Shown here one piece after another: positions 21,511-34,175 of a stretch of DNA of 64,000 bases; within the stretch, counting starts at the first letter, position 1, and each line of letters begins with the position of its first letter. Source of the DNA: the human T2T-CHM13v2.0 reference genome, Homo sapiens; assembly GCF_009914755.1 (NCBI RefSeq), contig NC_060932.1. One strand, written 5' to 3'. The notes beneath the pieces are model-generated. The model searched no databases. It worked only from the letters and a program-made list of their open reading frames with translations, and was not told the origin of the DNA. Position numbers and translations under genes: made by a program.

Positions 21511-24500
21511 AACTCTTCCTCTTATAAGCACCGTGGTGATGTAGCAGTCCCCAGCCACATGCTGCAGGACCTGAGACGGGTTGAAGTTGGCTTTGTTGAG
21601 CCAGAAATCTCAGGCCTTCTTCCTTGGAGCAGGGGGAGGGAGGTGTTACATTTTAATCAAACCAGTTTGGGGCCCCAAAGTCTGATCAAGAACTAAACAG
21701 CTGTTTTAGTGGCAGCAGGTTGAGAGGCCGAGATGACTCAACATCAGAGAGGCCAGGGAGGAGCGACAGGAAAGGCCTCCTGCTCCCCTCCACCCCCAGC
21801 CCAGGGGCTGTATTCATCATGGGAGCTGCTCTCCTCCCCCTCCCCGGGGCCCAGGGTGACCTGTGACCTCTCCGCTGTGACCATGGTACAGCCAGAGTGG
21901 ACAAGGACAGAGGAGAGGGGGATCCAGCCTTTTCTGGGAAGCAGCCGGTGTCGGAGTCAGGAGCAGGGGATCATCAGAGAGAAGCCGTGAAGTGGGGCAG
22001 GCTTGGCTCAGCTTCAAGTGTGCCTGGAGAGGAGACCCTGCTCCTGACCACATTGGCTTCCAGGCCCTGGGGTCGGACAGGCCTGCGAGGCTCATGGAAT
22101 GGGTCTGAGGACCTCCACAGGCTCCAGGGAGGGCAGAGAATTGGGAGGACATTGTAAGAGGACCTCCAGGTTTTCAAAAGTGGTTGTCATGGTTTCCAAC
22201 AATCTTGAGGGGGGGTAAAGAGATTCCTCATTATTTTGTAGTCAATCCTGTATACTAACAATGAATGACTCTATAAAACTGCAATGCTTGCTGTTCCGCC
22301 GTGGATCAAATAGTTCCTGATGAATTCATTTCTTCTGTTATAATGCCCTGACTTGTAAGAAACTCTTCAGGTGGCTAGAAACAAACATTGGGAATGCACG
22401 CCTCTGCGATATCCCAACTCCAGCTGAGATCCTGGGCAGGTGAGGTGGGGGCACCTCCCGCAGAATCAGGCGTGGTCCAGCCTGGGGGTGCCGCTCGGTC
22501 CAGAGGTGCTTTGGGGAGATGCCCTTCTCCTCCAAGGGCAGGGCTGTGGTTTGTTTGTAAGAGCTGGGCTGTAACAGAGCCCAGCTCTCTGTGTCCCCAA
22601 CACCCACGGGGTCTCCCGTCCTCCTGTCCCCCAAGGAAAGGCTGGTTATAGACAGGCTTTATTCCTGCTGCCCCGCTGGCCTCGCAGCCCTGCTCTGTGA
22701 ACGCTCAGGCAGAAAGCGTCACACACTGTTTGCTGGGCACTCGGCACATCCCCTGAGATGCCCAGATCGCTTAGCATCCACTGTGTCCCTGGTTTCTGGA
22801 CTCTCATTTAATTGGATGAAGAGGTATTGACCAGGCAACGGGCAGGGGGCTGGTGGGAGCCATCAGGTATGGCCCCTTGGGAATGGCTGCTCGAAGGATT
22901 CCTGACAGCTTCAGTTGGAGGTGTGTCCCCCTGACTCACTGCCCGGCTCCCACAGTGGGTGTGGCCCCCTCCTGGGGAGCAGTGGTCTTCAAGTGGCTTG
23001 CGTGGTCATGGGGGTGTGCAGGATCGCCCATCAGAGAGCAGGGAGCGGGTGAGAGCTTCTGTGTAGGGTGGTTTTTCTGTGCACTGTGGAACTGCGGTGG
23101 TAGCATTGAGGCAGGGAGTGCCCTGGCCCTCGCTCCTGCCTGATGTCGGAGGGGCGTGCACTGTGGACCCTAGGGCACCCCTGAGTGGGGTCCACAGTGC
23201 GGAGGAATGGACAGCACCCACTCTCTCCTTCCCTTCCAGTGTACTGCGCCTTTTGCAGTTTATGAGTGCCCAGTGCTGTGGATTTATTCGCCAACTTCTC
23301 CAGCCATATTTCACATCAACCTCACAGAATGGACAGGCGCCCTGGAATGTGTCCCTGGAGGTCACCAGGGCTGCTTAGAGGAACTTTAAGTGCCTCCCCT
23401 CCCAGGCACGTGGCTTCCAGGCTCCCTCTCCCCTCCCCCGTCCATGGCAGCATTGGAGATGGGGCTGCTCTTTCCACTGGGTTCCTGGATGACCACAGGG
23501 AGGAGAGACTGCACTAGGCTCCTGCAGCCCTTGGTGGGCACACAGTGTGCGTGAGAAACTAAGCTTTGTTGTTGAAACTCCTGCGGCTTGGGGGTGCTGT
23601 TTGTTCCTGCCATGTAAACCAGCCTGCCTGACTACTGCACCTCCAGAGACTGTGGCTGAAGAGGGTCAAGCGCCCCACAAGCCCGGGAGCAGTGGTGTGA
23701 CGCTTCTCTCAATCCCGACACCAGAGCTCTGCCAGCAGATGCCATCCAAAACGTCACAACTGACCAGCTCCCAGAAAAAATGGGCAAAGTGATTCCACAT
23801 AATTAAAAAATCATTTGAGATATGAACTACATGCACTGTCAGTAACAGCTGATCTTTTCCTCAGCATGCATGTGCCTTTGGTTAGAAGCTAACGCTGGCA
23901 CGACGTTATACGACCTGTACGCAAATACATATGCACAGGCCGGGAGTGCACTTACATGTTTGGGGGAGCACAAGGAAAATGCTTGGAGAGCGAGGCTGCG
24001 GCAGCTCAGGTGCTCTGGGAATGAGATGAGAGCCTCCCGTTAGCCTGTAGAAGAGGCACCCGAGGTCTGAGAACCAGGGACCTGCAGGGGGTGGGGTGTG
24101 TTTGGCCCCTGCTGTTTCGGCATTTCCTAGGCGTCACGAACCCCGGGCTCTTGGTTTCCTGTGTTGCTTGGAAACATCTCATTGTTCCACCTCAGGCTGC
24201 TGTGAGGTGGTTGTGCCCTGTGTCCCGTGCTCCATGTTCAGGAATAAAATGCTCTCTGCCACGTGGACCCGCCGGCTATGCTCCTTGCCCTCCCTCTTCC
24301 CCATCAAAGGAATTCCTTGCCCCCTGCTCTGTGGGTTTAGAGTCGTTCTTTAAATGCTTATCTATCCTACCGAGTGCCGAGCCATGGGGACGGAGGACTC
24401 CAACGGGGTCCCTCCAATCCCTCGCCACGGCAGCCTCTGTCCTCCCACGGGTGCGACAAGGCCGGCACCTTTCATCCGCGTTGTCCCAGCCATTTTATCC

Positions 24501-25100
24501 GCCTTATCTATTTTATCCCATGTGTCTACACAGATCCGTGGTTTCTCTAACTTTTTATAGAGCAGTGCAAATCTTTTTCTGGAAGAAAATCTTGCATGAG
24601 ACTCCAACATATAAGAGGTGTTAAGCAAAGCCTCTCGGGGAAGTGGCAAGGGCAGGCGCTGCGGAGGCCCCCGGGCAGAGGTGCCTGCCTCCATCTGCGC
24701 CTTTGTCTCCACACCCTGGGATTCCCGAAGGGCTCTGTGGTCGGAACCCCCTGGAAGTCTCTGGAGGCCAGAGGCTGTGTGGTCTGCCAAGTACCTGCGT
24801 CCTGCATGCAGCTGGCACCAAGCAGGCTCAACACATGTGGCTCATGGCAAACACAACCAGATGGTGCAAGGGGAGGCTTCCAAGACTTCAGGGTGCTCAC
24901 TTTGGGATGCCTTAAATTTGGGTAGGGACAGGTGCTGCATCTTTGAGAACCACACGAAAAGGCTGTCGGGCAATGAAACATTCACACCTGCAGCTCATAC
25001 CAGTTCCAGACCATGCTCCAGCAACCATGGGATTCCCTGCCAAAATGTCCCCAAGCCTGCCTCACAGCCCGAATGGGTTCCCATTGGGTTTGAGTTCTGG

Positions 25101-25364
25101 AAGGCAGACCAGGCTGCTGATGTGTGTGTCTCTGGGGTGATGGAGGTGGACCAGGCTGCAGGTGTGTGTCCCTGTGGTGACAGAGGCAGACCAGGCTGCA
25201 GGTGTGTGTGTCCCTGGGGTGATGGAGGCAGACCAGGCTGCAGGTGTGTGTCCCTGGGGTGATGGAGGCAGACCAGGCTGTAGGTGTGTGTGTCCCTGGG
25301 GTGATGAAGACGGACCAGGCTGTAGGTGTATGTGTCCCTGGAGTGATGGAGGCAGGTCAGGCTC
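25101..25364. repeat. 40-42 bp minisatellite (GGCAGACCAGGCTGCAGGTGTGTGTCCCTGGGGTGATGGA), ~6.3 copies
   Basis: ACCAGGCT recurs at about 25108, 25150, 25190, 25232, 25272 and 25314. Confidence 0.93.
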
Positions 25365-25484
25365 CCTGCTGCAGAGGTCAGAACAAATGAATAAGTCAAG
25401 TACGGCATCACGTGTAACAACAATTGAGAAAGTAGCAAATCACTTTCACAGCAATCATTGTATTGAAGCCCCACCTCTCGGGCA

Positions 25485-25610
25485 CTAACCCTGCAGAGAA
25501 GTGAGTGGCAGCAGCCTCTCTTCATAGACGGGGAGGACGGAGCACAGATGGCGTGGTCAGTGGCTTGCTAAAGGTCATGGCCACAGGGCAGAGCCAGGCT
25601 TGAAGCCACA
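25485..25610 (-). mobile_element. MIR SINE fragment
   Basis: AACCCTGCAGAG...GGCTTGCTAAAGGTCA...GGCAGAGCCAGGCTTGAA. Confidence 0.5.
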
Positions 25611-25644
25611 CCATCTCCACTTTCCCCACAACCAGACGGTGCTT

Positions 25645-25990
25645 TATTTGGGTGTGAGAGACAGGGAGCCCAACTCATGAAGGGCCCGTGTGCTGCCAAT
25701 GTGGATGTGGGATTTAGGTATGGCTGGATCCAGGGGTCTAATGATGCCATCAGGACCAGACCTCTGCTTGCCTTCTGGCTGGATTCTTTCCCAGGCTCCA
25801 CGTGGCAGCAATACAGCCCCATCCACTTCAGCCCACATCTTCCCAGTGCCAACTCCAGAGACAAAGAGCACCCTGCAACCAGGGAGCCAGGGAGCTCTTT
25901 CTAATTGGCCCAAGCTGGGTGGCATGTCCACACCTGAACCACTCACAATGGTCTGGGACATGAGGGACTCTGATAAGGCAGGGAGCATGC
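25645..25990 (-). mobile_element. Old MaLR LTR (MLT1K-like)
   Basis: AGGTATGGCTGGATCCAGGG...ATGATGCCATCAGGA, TCTAATTGGCCCAAGCTGGGT...CCTGAACCACTCAC, CTCTGATAAGGCAGG. Confidence 0.62.
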
Positions 25991-27446
25991 TCGCCATGTC
26001 CTCCTGTGTGACCTGTGCTAAGGAGGTGCTCCCCATCCCGGGCCATCCTTCCATCCACCTTCATCCCCCACCCCTGTACTGCTTTGCTGCATGCTTTTCT
26101 AATACTTCAAAATCCAAGCCATGTGGCATCTCTCAGGGTGTCTGCCAGGGCTCCGAGCAGGATTCCTCACCCCTCTCTCCTCTGCGGTTGCCTGCGTGGG
26201 GTGTTGCACGCTGCTCATCCTGGAAGCCTGTGCGTGACTCCTCATGTGGTCATGGCCTTCCCCCACCAGCTCCTGCACCGTGAACTACCGAGGGCGGGCG
26301 CCAGGCCTTGCCATCTCCCTTTCCCCGGGTGCAGCTAGCACAGGATGGGGCCCTGAGCAACAGTTGTTCCATGACTGAACACAAAAATAGGGCTCCCTGG
26401 GAGTTGGGCCCAGGGCGGGTGCCCTTTAACGCCTGCCTCTGGGTTGCTTCAGTGCAGATATTGAAATACAGAGTGCGCTCTTCTCTCACTGCAAGCGGGG
26501 AGCTTGGCATTTGCTGAGGAGCTTCTGGCTTCAAGGAGCTTTACCCAGGTGGATGCAAGTCCATGCAGCTGAGCCCCGAGGCCGCATTGGCACCCTGTTT
26601 GACACAAGGGACCCTGAGGCGCAGGGAATGGAAGTGACTGGCCTGAGGCCATCAGCAAGAGGGGACAGAGCCGGGATGGCTGGGTCTTTGGCGTGGGCCT
26701 AGTGATGGTTCTTCAGGCCCTTGATTACCTGACATCCCTGCCCCTCCAAGCGAGGATGACATGCACTAGGCTGTCCATCAGCGGAGAGGCTGGGTGTCTC
26801 ATGGAGGCCTCTCCACACTGCAGTGGTGACCTGGGGCTCCCCAGCCTCCCAGCTGCTTCTCATACAGGAGTCAATATCAGATCAGTTGGCTAATCAAAGA
26901 GTAATTCCCAGGGGATGGGGAGCAGACCCTCTGCCAGGCTCAGAGGCTCCTTGCTATTAGTTTGACAAACTGGGGTGTGTGGGTACCATCAGCTTTTGGG
27001 CACTAGGACAGGGAGGCAGGACTTTGGAGAAACCAGCTTGAAGCCACATGCCCAGGGGAGGACACAGGAGAGCGGCTGGCAGGGAAAATGGACATGGGCA
27101 TCTTCCTCAGGGTCCTGGCGCTGTGCGGTTCAGGGAGTGCCAGGCTGCTGTTGTGTGCTGACACTGCAGAGAGGACACCATGGTGCTGTGGTGGGCATGT
27201 CTGTCCCCTTGTCTCCTCCAGGACCCCTCCCAAGAGAGGGCCAGAGCCACCTAGCAGCCACTGTGGCGCCACAGAGGGAGCACTGCCTAGCGAGTCCCCA
27301 CTGAGGGGCAGTTGCCGAGCCAAGACTTTGAGTGGATGAGGCATGGGGAACTGGGGGGCCAGGAGGCATCTGGGTTATGTCCTTTCTGGCAAAAGTCATT
27401 CAGTTGACGTTTCTCTCTTAGACTCCCACTGAGAAAAGCAATCCTG

Positions 27447-27986
27447 GGAAAAGACGTCATCACGAAGGCTGTGGAAGGAGGCGAGGGCCTTCAGGTGCCG
27501 AGGGTGGTGGGCGCCCCGGAGCGCTGGTGGGGATTGGGCAAAGACGTCAACACCAGGGCTGTGGAAGGAGGCGAGGGGCCTTCAGGTGCCGAGGGTGGTG
27601 CGCACCCCGGGATGCTGGTGGGGATTGGGCAAAGACGTCAACACCAGGGCTGTGGAAGGAGGCGAGGGCCTTCAGGTGCCGAGGGTGGTGGGCGCCCCGG
27701 AGCGCTGGTGGGGATTGGGCAAAGACGTCAACACCAGGGCTGTGGAAGGAGGCGAGGGGCCTTCAGGTGCCGAGGGTGGTGGGCGCCCCGGAGCGCTGGT
27801 GGGGATTGGGCAAAGACATCAACACCAGGGCTGTGGAAGGAGGCGAGGGGCCTTCAGGTGCCGAGGGTGGTGCGCACCCAGGGATGCTGGTGGGGATTGG
27901 GCAAAGACGTCAACTCCAGGGCTGTGGAAGGAGGCGAGGGCCTTCAGGTGCCGAGGGTGGTGCGCACCCCGGGATGCTGGTGGGGG
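27447..27986. repeat. CpG-rich 90/91-bp minisatellite, ~6 copies
   Basis: GTGGAAGGAGGCGAGG recurs at 27471, 27561, 27652, 27742, 27833 and 27924. Confidence 0.97.
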
Positions 27987-28324
27987 GTGTTCACCTTTGT
28001 TGCCAGAAGTGTTTGCTCATCCAAGATGGAGTGCTGGGGGTGGCACCTGCGGGTACCAGCCCTGCATGTTCCTGGCTGCCACACCAGTGTGGGGCTCACT
28101 CCAGGAACAGTTTTCCTATCTGGGAAGTGAGGGGGAATCTTAAAGAGTCCCCTGTCACCATGATGCCCCACGCAGTCCTCGCAGCAAAGACATGCCACCA
28201 TGACAGCTGCCCACCTGGGAGACCCTTGGCAGGGCCTCTCCTGTAGGAGCTGCCTCCCAGGGGTGAGCTAGAGAATGCATAGGTGGGGTCGGGAGAGCCT
28301 GGTTTGGGCCCAACCCTGTCTCTC

Positions 28325-28400
28325 TCTATGTGACCTTGAGCAAGTCAGTTCATGTCTTTGAACCTGAAATGTCCTCAGCTGCAAAGTGGGGGTCAGAGAC
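28325..28400 (+). mobile_element. MIR SINE fragment
   Basis: TGTGACCTTGAGCAAGTCA...CCTCAGCTGCAAAGTGGGG. Confidence 0.6.
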
Positions 28401-29869
28401 AGCCCAGCCAGGGAGGAACTGAGCAGAGGAAGACATCCTGAGGCCCTGTACATTTGTTAGGGGCAGGCAGGTTGGCACCGAGCTCCCTGGCAGCCAATCA
28501 CAGAGGAGGCATGGGGTCAGATCATGGGGCACGGGGACCACAGATGACCCCACAGCCATCGTAAGGAGATGAGGACTAAGGGGAGAAACACGGTGACTCC
28601 TGGGGGCTGAGAAGGGTGTCTGACGCTCCTCTGAGGAGGGGCTGGGTGGACGCTGGCCCTCCCGGAGCCCCTCTGGCCAAGGCTGGACAGTGAGGCTGTA
28701 AGCTGCCTCCCAGCTTCATCTGGACGATCCTCGAGGGGCAGAAGGGCTAACTCAAGCACATGGCAGCCCAACTGTCCACCCAGGCTCCTGCAGGGGCGTG
28801 GAGCTCCCGGACAGCCTCTGGACACAGCAATCTCCACTGCCAGCCCTCACTGGGCTGGGGCAGTGGCGAGTCCAGGTGGAGTTTCTGAAACAGACCCGGA
28901 TGCTGACCAAGACAGGGCAGCCGCTGCCCGTGGAGAGCTGGGTTGAACGCTGCAGCTTGGTTGGAGTACCTGCTAGCCCCTCACCCCTCGGTGGCCTCAG
29001 GCTCAGACCTGGTTTTTCTAGGTGTGGGGTAGGGATTAGGGCCTTTGCCTTTTGAGGTTGTTGGGGAGAAAACGGAAATGGATGTCGGTGTCTAGTGCAG
29101 AGTGGCTGCCTCAAGACCCCTCTCAAAATTCAGTCCAAGGCACTGAAAATCCGCCCTCAAGTGTCCACAGCGGCGACTCACACTGCCGACCCCTGGGGTC
29201 ACTCTCCCTCCAGGCTGGGGCTCCTGAGGTCGCCCCTCTCTTGAGAGGCCCAAAGCCACCCGAACACCATGCTCAGCCTTGCCCAGCAGCTTCCCACCGC
29301 ATGCCCGTGGCCCGCGCATCGCCCCTCGGAACCTCAGTTTCCCTTCCGACTCCTGGCCTCCCAGCGTCTCTGCGAGGCTGTGGGCAGGGTGGTGCTGGGC
29401 CAGCTTCCTCCTGGCCTAGGTGGGTCTCTGCTCCACCAGAGACCCTGTACCATCTGGAAACTAAGGCTCTGAAGTAAGAATAAGGAAGATTAGAGACATT
29501 AATTTAATTTAGTTCGAGTTCTAATTGTCTGGAGAAACTTCATATGCACTAACATTAATTTATTTCCACTTAGGGCCAGTTATGTTAATTCAAATCCACT
29601 TTAAGTATTAAAACACTGATATTGTGAATTAGATAATAACACAGATTAAGGGAAGCAGGGGAGGTGAGAACGGAACTGCGGAGGCAGCGCAGGAGACGCA
29701 TCTGTCCAGGGTGGGGCTCCTCCAGCTTCCTCCCAGCCCTTGCTGCTGCCAGAGGGTCAGGGGCACCTCCCTCCTCCGCAGGCCATGGGGAGCCCCGCTA
29801 CCGTGAGCACCACCCACGCCGTCCCCACCGCCACCACCCCTCTGTCTCTGGCAGGGCCCCGATCTTCAC

Positions 29870-30130
29870 TGCAACGTCACTATCACCTCATCTCCACCGC
29901 TGTCACTCTTGTCTTCACCATCGATGTCCTCATTGCTGTCCCCATCACTGCCTCCATGATCGTCACTGCCATTGTCATCAGATCACCACGTCACCCTCGC
30001 CATCACTGCATCTCCATCACTGTCACCACTCCATTGTCATCGGCCGTCACTGAGTGGCCACCACTCCCATCACCTGGTCAGTCTTGATGCTCACTGTCCT
30101 TACGACTGTCATTCGGGTGGTGACGGAACC
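29870..30130. repeat. Degenerate (CAC/CAT)n low-complexity tract
   Basis: Repeated CATCACTG/TCACCA trinucleotide-phased motifs. Confidence 0.65.
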
Positions 30131-33100
30131 TCTCCGGTGCCACTGCTCACACCAATCTGCTCTTGGGTCCCAGCCTGAGGGGCTTGTGCAGGGCCCTGTG
30201 AAGGTCTATTTGGAGGCCCCTGGTGCAAGGGCTGATGTGGCCATTCTGACCTGAGGTTCTTTGGGGAGGATTTGGGTCCTAGTGCCTTGGGGTCTGGGCA
30301 TTGTGCTGGCCCATCACATGAGCCTTAAGTCCAGGCCCAGAGGAGGTGGGGCCAATAAGAGCCCACCCAGGGGAGGCTGCTGATGGGAGGGCTGAGCACC
30401 GAGGCCACTGGGGCTGCTGCAGCTGTGAAGGCCCCGCCCGGAGCACACGTGGCCCGGTTCTACAGGTACTGGGTCCAAGCTCTCAGCTTGTGGCTGCCAC
30501 GTCCTGGGGGCTGTGTGTGCGTGGGCCTGGGCCATGGGCCTGGCTGTGTGCACATCACTGCAGCCTGAGAAGAGCCAGTTCCCAGCTGGCGCTCCTGCCC
30601 CACTCACCTGACTCTGCCTGGCATCCTCAGCTGGGCCAGTGCCGCCCTTCCCCAAGGTCCCATTGTTCCATCTTTGCTCACCTAGCACCACGGGGCCTCT
30701 GCCAACATTGTTCCATCTTTGCTCACCCAGCACCAACAGGCCTAACTGGCCCGCTGCAAGTTGGCTCCCTGGCGGAGGTCGTGGATGGGTTCTCTCAGCA
30801 GGGGCCAGCTGCTGACCGGTGGACAGGCACGCATCTGCAGAGCTCAAGGGTCCCAAGAGCAGGCCCTGGATTCCGCGGCCTCATAGCAGCTGGCACTCCT
30901 ACACCGTCTCACACCATGTCCACAGCTGCCAGGCCCTGAAACCTGCTCTCCACGTGGCTGTGAGCTCCTTGGTGACGGTGCCCAGGTCATGGCCTGACCC
31001 TCTGTCCCCAGGAGGCAGAGCAAATCCTGGAATGGACAAGGTGCTGTGTTTCTCCATGCTGCTGGTGGCAGGGGTGCTCTTTCTACTACCCGGGGGAGTG
31101 AGCACCGTCCCTGGAGATGCCCAGGCAGGCCTGGCTGCCATTCTTGGCATCGCTATGGGGCCGCAGGGGCCTGGTGAGATTCTGAGTTCTGATCTCATGT
31201 CTGAACACCCATAAAGTGCTGATTGGATCCCCCAATCCCCAGGCTGTTCGAGGACAGCTCCTGCAGGCCCCTGGCCCTGACCTTCCCTCCCAGCTTGCCG
31301 TCAGATCTTCTCACTCCAGCCCCTGCTGTTCCCTCGGCCACAGCCTGGCTTCCGCCAGCGCCCAGGACAAGGCCTCTCCACGTGCTCTAAGGAGGCGTCT
31401 CCCGTTTCTCCTGCGGGACAGAGCCTTGCTGTCTTTGTCTCTGTTCCCTAGCATAGGGTGCAGGCTCTGCTTGCGGCGTCCTTGGTTGGTCTGGTGAAAT
31501 GACAGGAACAGATTCCCAATGCTTTATTCCTACTCTCATGCACTCAGCTGTGCTGGCCAAGTGCCTGCTGTGAGGCTGGCCCTACTCCTGGTCACAGGAG
31601 TGGGCTGGATCGCGGCGGGCAGTCAGCTGGTGCTGAAGGTACCTACTGGAGGTGTGGACAGGGCCCAGACAGGGCTCACAGCTGGGAAGGCCCAGGTTGG
31701 GGTGGGGTCAGAGGCAGTCAGGCAGGCTTCCTCGTAGCTGAGGATGGGGGCCCTCATTCTGTGGCCTGTAGGGTCTGGGAGAGTGGACATGTGGCCCTCT
31801 CCCCCCAGCCCTAATGCTCAGACAGGGTGGGTGCTCACTAGACACTTGCTGTGTGAATGAGTGAGTGAGGGTGAACTGTGCAGATGGCCATGCTTAGGGC
31901 CCTGTCCCATCCAGAGGCCACACAAAAATCGACAGCATCTCAGGGCCCCTTGGGCCTTCAAACTGGAGCCCCGTGTGCTCCAGAGCAGAGGGAGGGGCCA
32001 TGGGAGTGGTGGGTGCTGTGGGCAGACGGACCCACTGGCTCTCAATACGGCCACATCAGTTCCTATCCTAAGATCTTGGGCAAGTGATTAGAGTCTCTCA
32101 GAACCTTGGCTCCCCTGGCAGGGGCAGCGAAACACCCATGTGGGGGAGTGGCTGGGCCTTGAACCTGCGTGGGCAGAGCCTCTTCTCTTCTGGGGAGGGT
32201 GAGGAGGGGACCGAGAGCCCGAGGTGGGCATGAGTATGGCCAGGACAGGGGCCTTTGCCCCGCCTTGGGCTCTGGTGGCGTGAGCCCCACGTGGTGGGAG
32301 GGAACAGAGCAGGCAGAGGCAGCGAAGCTGTGCTGAGGAGCCATGCCGAGGTCCCACCCTCACTGCCCCTGGTGAGCTGTGTGGCTTTGGGCAAGCCAGT
32401 GCCCCTCTCAGGGCCGCGGTGGCCTCACTGTCAAAAATGTCGAGGATGGGCTTCTCCAGGCCTTGGCTCCAGAGCCCCTCAGAGCTGAGCCTCACCTGCC
32501 TCCTCCTCCAGGGCTTCTCTCCCTGGCAGGGGCAGTGATCACTCAGGCTGTGCCAGGGCTGGGCTGAGTCCTCAGTGTGGGGTTGGCTGGAGCAGGGCCC
32601 CCTGTTGCCAGCAGTGTGACTCATCAGGTGTTGATGGGGTGAGTCATCAGGGGGAGCTGGGGAACGGTCTCCAGGGTCTGAGATGCTGGCTCAGAGCAGG
32701 GCTGACTGACAGTGCAGCCTGGGAGGCCGACCCTATGCCAGCACCGTGCACTCATCGTGGCCCCACTCCCACCTCATGCTTCCGGTCCCCTCCCCGGGCT
32801 GCCCTGGTGAGTCAGGACACCCTGGGTCCTGGAACCTCTCTAGTCCTAGTGTCACCTTGCACAGGTGGGCAGACTGAGGTCCAGAGAGGGTTCATGGCAG
32901 GGACAGGGTGAGGACCCAGACAGCACGTGTGTGGCCCATGGTGCCCACACCAGGAGGCAGGTGTGCGGGCGAGGACCTGACTTATCTGCCTGCTCCTTAG
33001 GGTCTTGTTAGGCATGGAAGGCAGAACCAGGGCCACTTGGTTTTGGCTACAGCCTGAGGTAGGGGAGGAAGTAAAGGTCCAGGGCTTGCACCTCACCCTG

Positions 33101-33399
33101 GTGGGTAAAATGGTGGTGGGGATGGGGAAATGGGACACGTGCAATTTGGCAAGTGCAGGCTGCGTGTCCAGGGTAGAGTGACAGAGTGAGGAGCTTGGAG
33201 AGGGTGGTGGGATGGGAGTGGCAGGAGAGTCATTGTTTTTAAGAATGATTTGTTCCCTCTTATTTTCTGCTCCCTCCTAATCCTACTACCTCATATGCAT
33301 AAAGGGCAGATGAGTTTTGGGGTCTTTTCCAGTTATAATGGCATATTGCTCTTGTTGAGTGCATAGCCAGGAGCATATAGATACATGCTCAGCAAATCT

Positions 33400-33965
33400 T
33401 GGATGAATAGATGGCCCTGAGAGAGAGTGGATGAGTGGTGGATGGATGGAGGGGTGGATGAATAGGTGGGTGGGTGGGTAAATGATGAAAGGGTGGATGG
33501 ATGGATGGGTGGATGGGTGGGTGGATAAATGGGTAGATGGATGGGTACATGTATAGATGGATAGGTGAGAGGACGGATGGGTGGGTAGATGCATGGGTGG
33601 GTAGATGGATGGGAGGATGGATGTGTGGGTGGATGGATGAATGGGTGGATGGATTGGAGGGTGGTTGGATGGATGGGTGGGCAGATGAGGAAGGGGTGGA
33701 TGGATGGATGAGGTGGGTGGCCAGATAAATGGGTAGATGGATGAATGGGTGGGTGGCTGGGTAGATGGATGCATGAATAGGTTGAGTGGTGGATGGATGG
33801 ATGGATGGGTGGGTGGATGGGAGGATGGATGGATGGATGAGTTGGTGGGAGGATGGATATAGATGCATATGTGGATGGAGGAATGGATGGATGAATAGAT
33901 AGGGGGATGCGTGGTGGGACAGGAAGATGTCCGGATGAATAGATTTTGGGTAAGGGGATGGATGA
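33400..33965. repeat. Degenerate (GGAT/GGGT)n simple repeat, ~560 bp
   Basis: Continuous GGATGGATGGGTGGGT-type tetramers. Confidence 0.93.
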
Positions 33966-34084
33966 TGCCTGCAACCTTTCTAGTAGCAAAACTTTGGGCT
34001 TTCTCTCCTATTAGCAATTAGATAGTGGGGGAGCTAAGTGCCCATCAAAAGCCCTGGTCTGGTGGATGGAATCTCTGGGCATAA

Positions 34085-34175
34085 TTTTCACTCTGTCACT
34101 GTGTGACCTTGGGTAAGTCATTTACCCTCTCTGATGTTCCCTTCCTCATTTGCAAAATGAAAGGGATTGGAGTCA
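34085..34175 (+). mobile_element. MIR SINE fragment
   Basis: CTGTGTGACCTTGGGTAAGTCATTTACCCTCTCTG...TTCCTCATTTGCAAAATGAAAGGGATTGGA. Confidence 0.75.

Noticed and set aside
27471-28246. 185-239 aa ORFs in three frames
   Set aside because: Products of the 90/91-bp VNTR; the frame shifts with unit length.
33286-34017. His/Pro/Ser-rich ORFs (HPSIHP)
   Set aside because: Translation of the (ATCC)n simple repeat.
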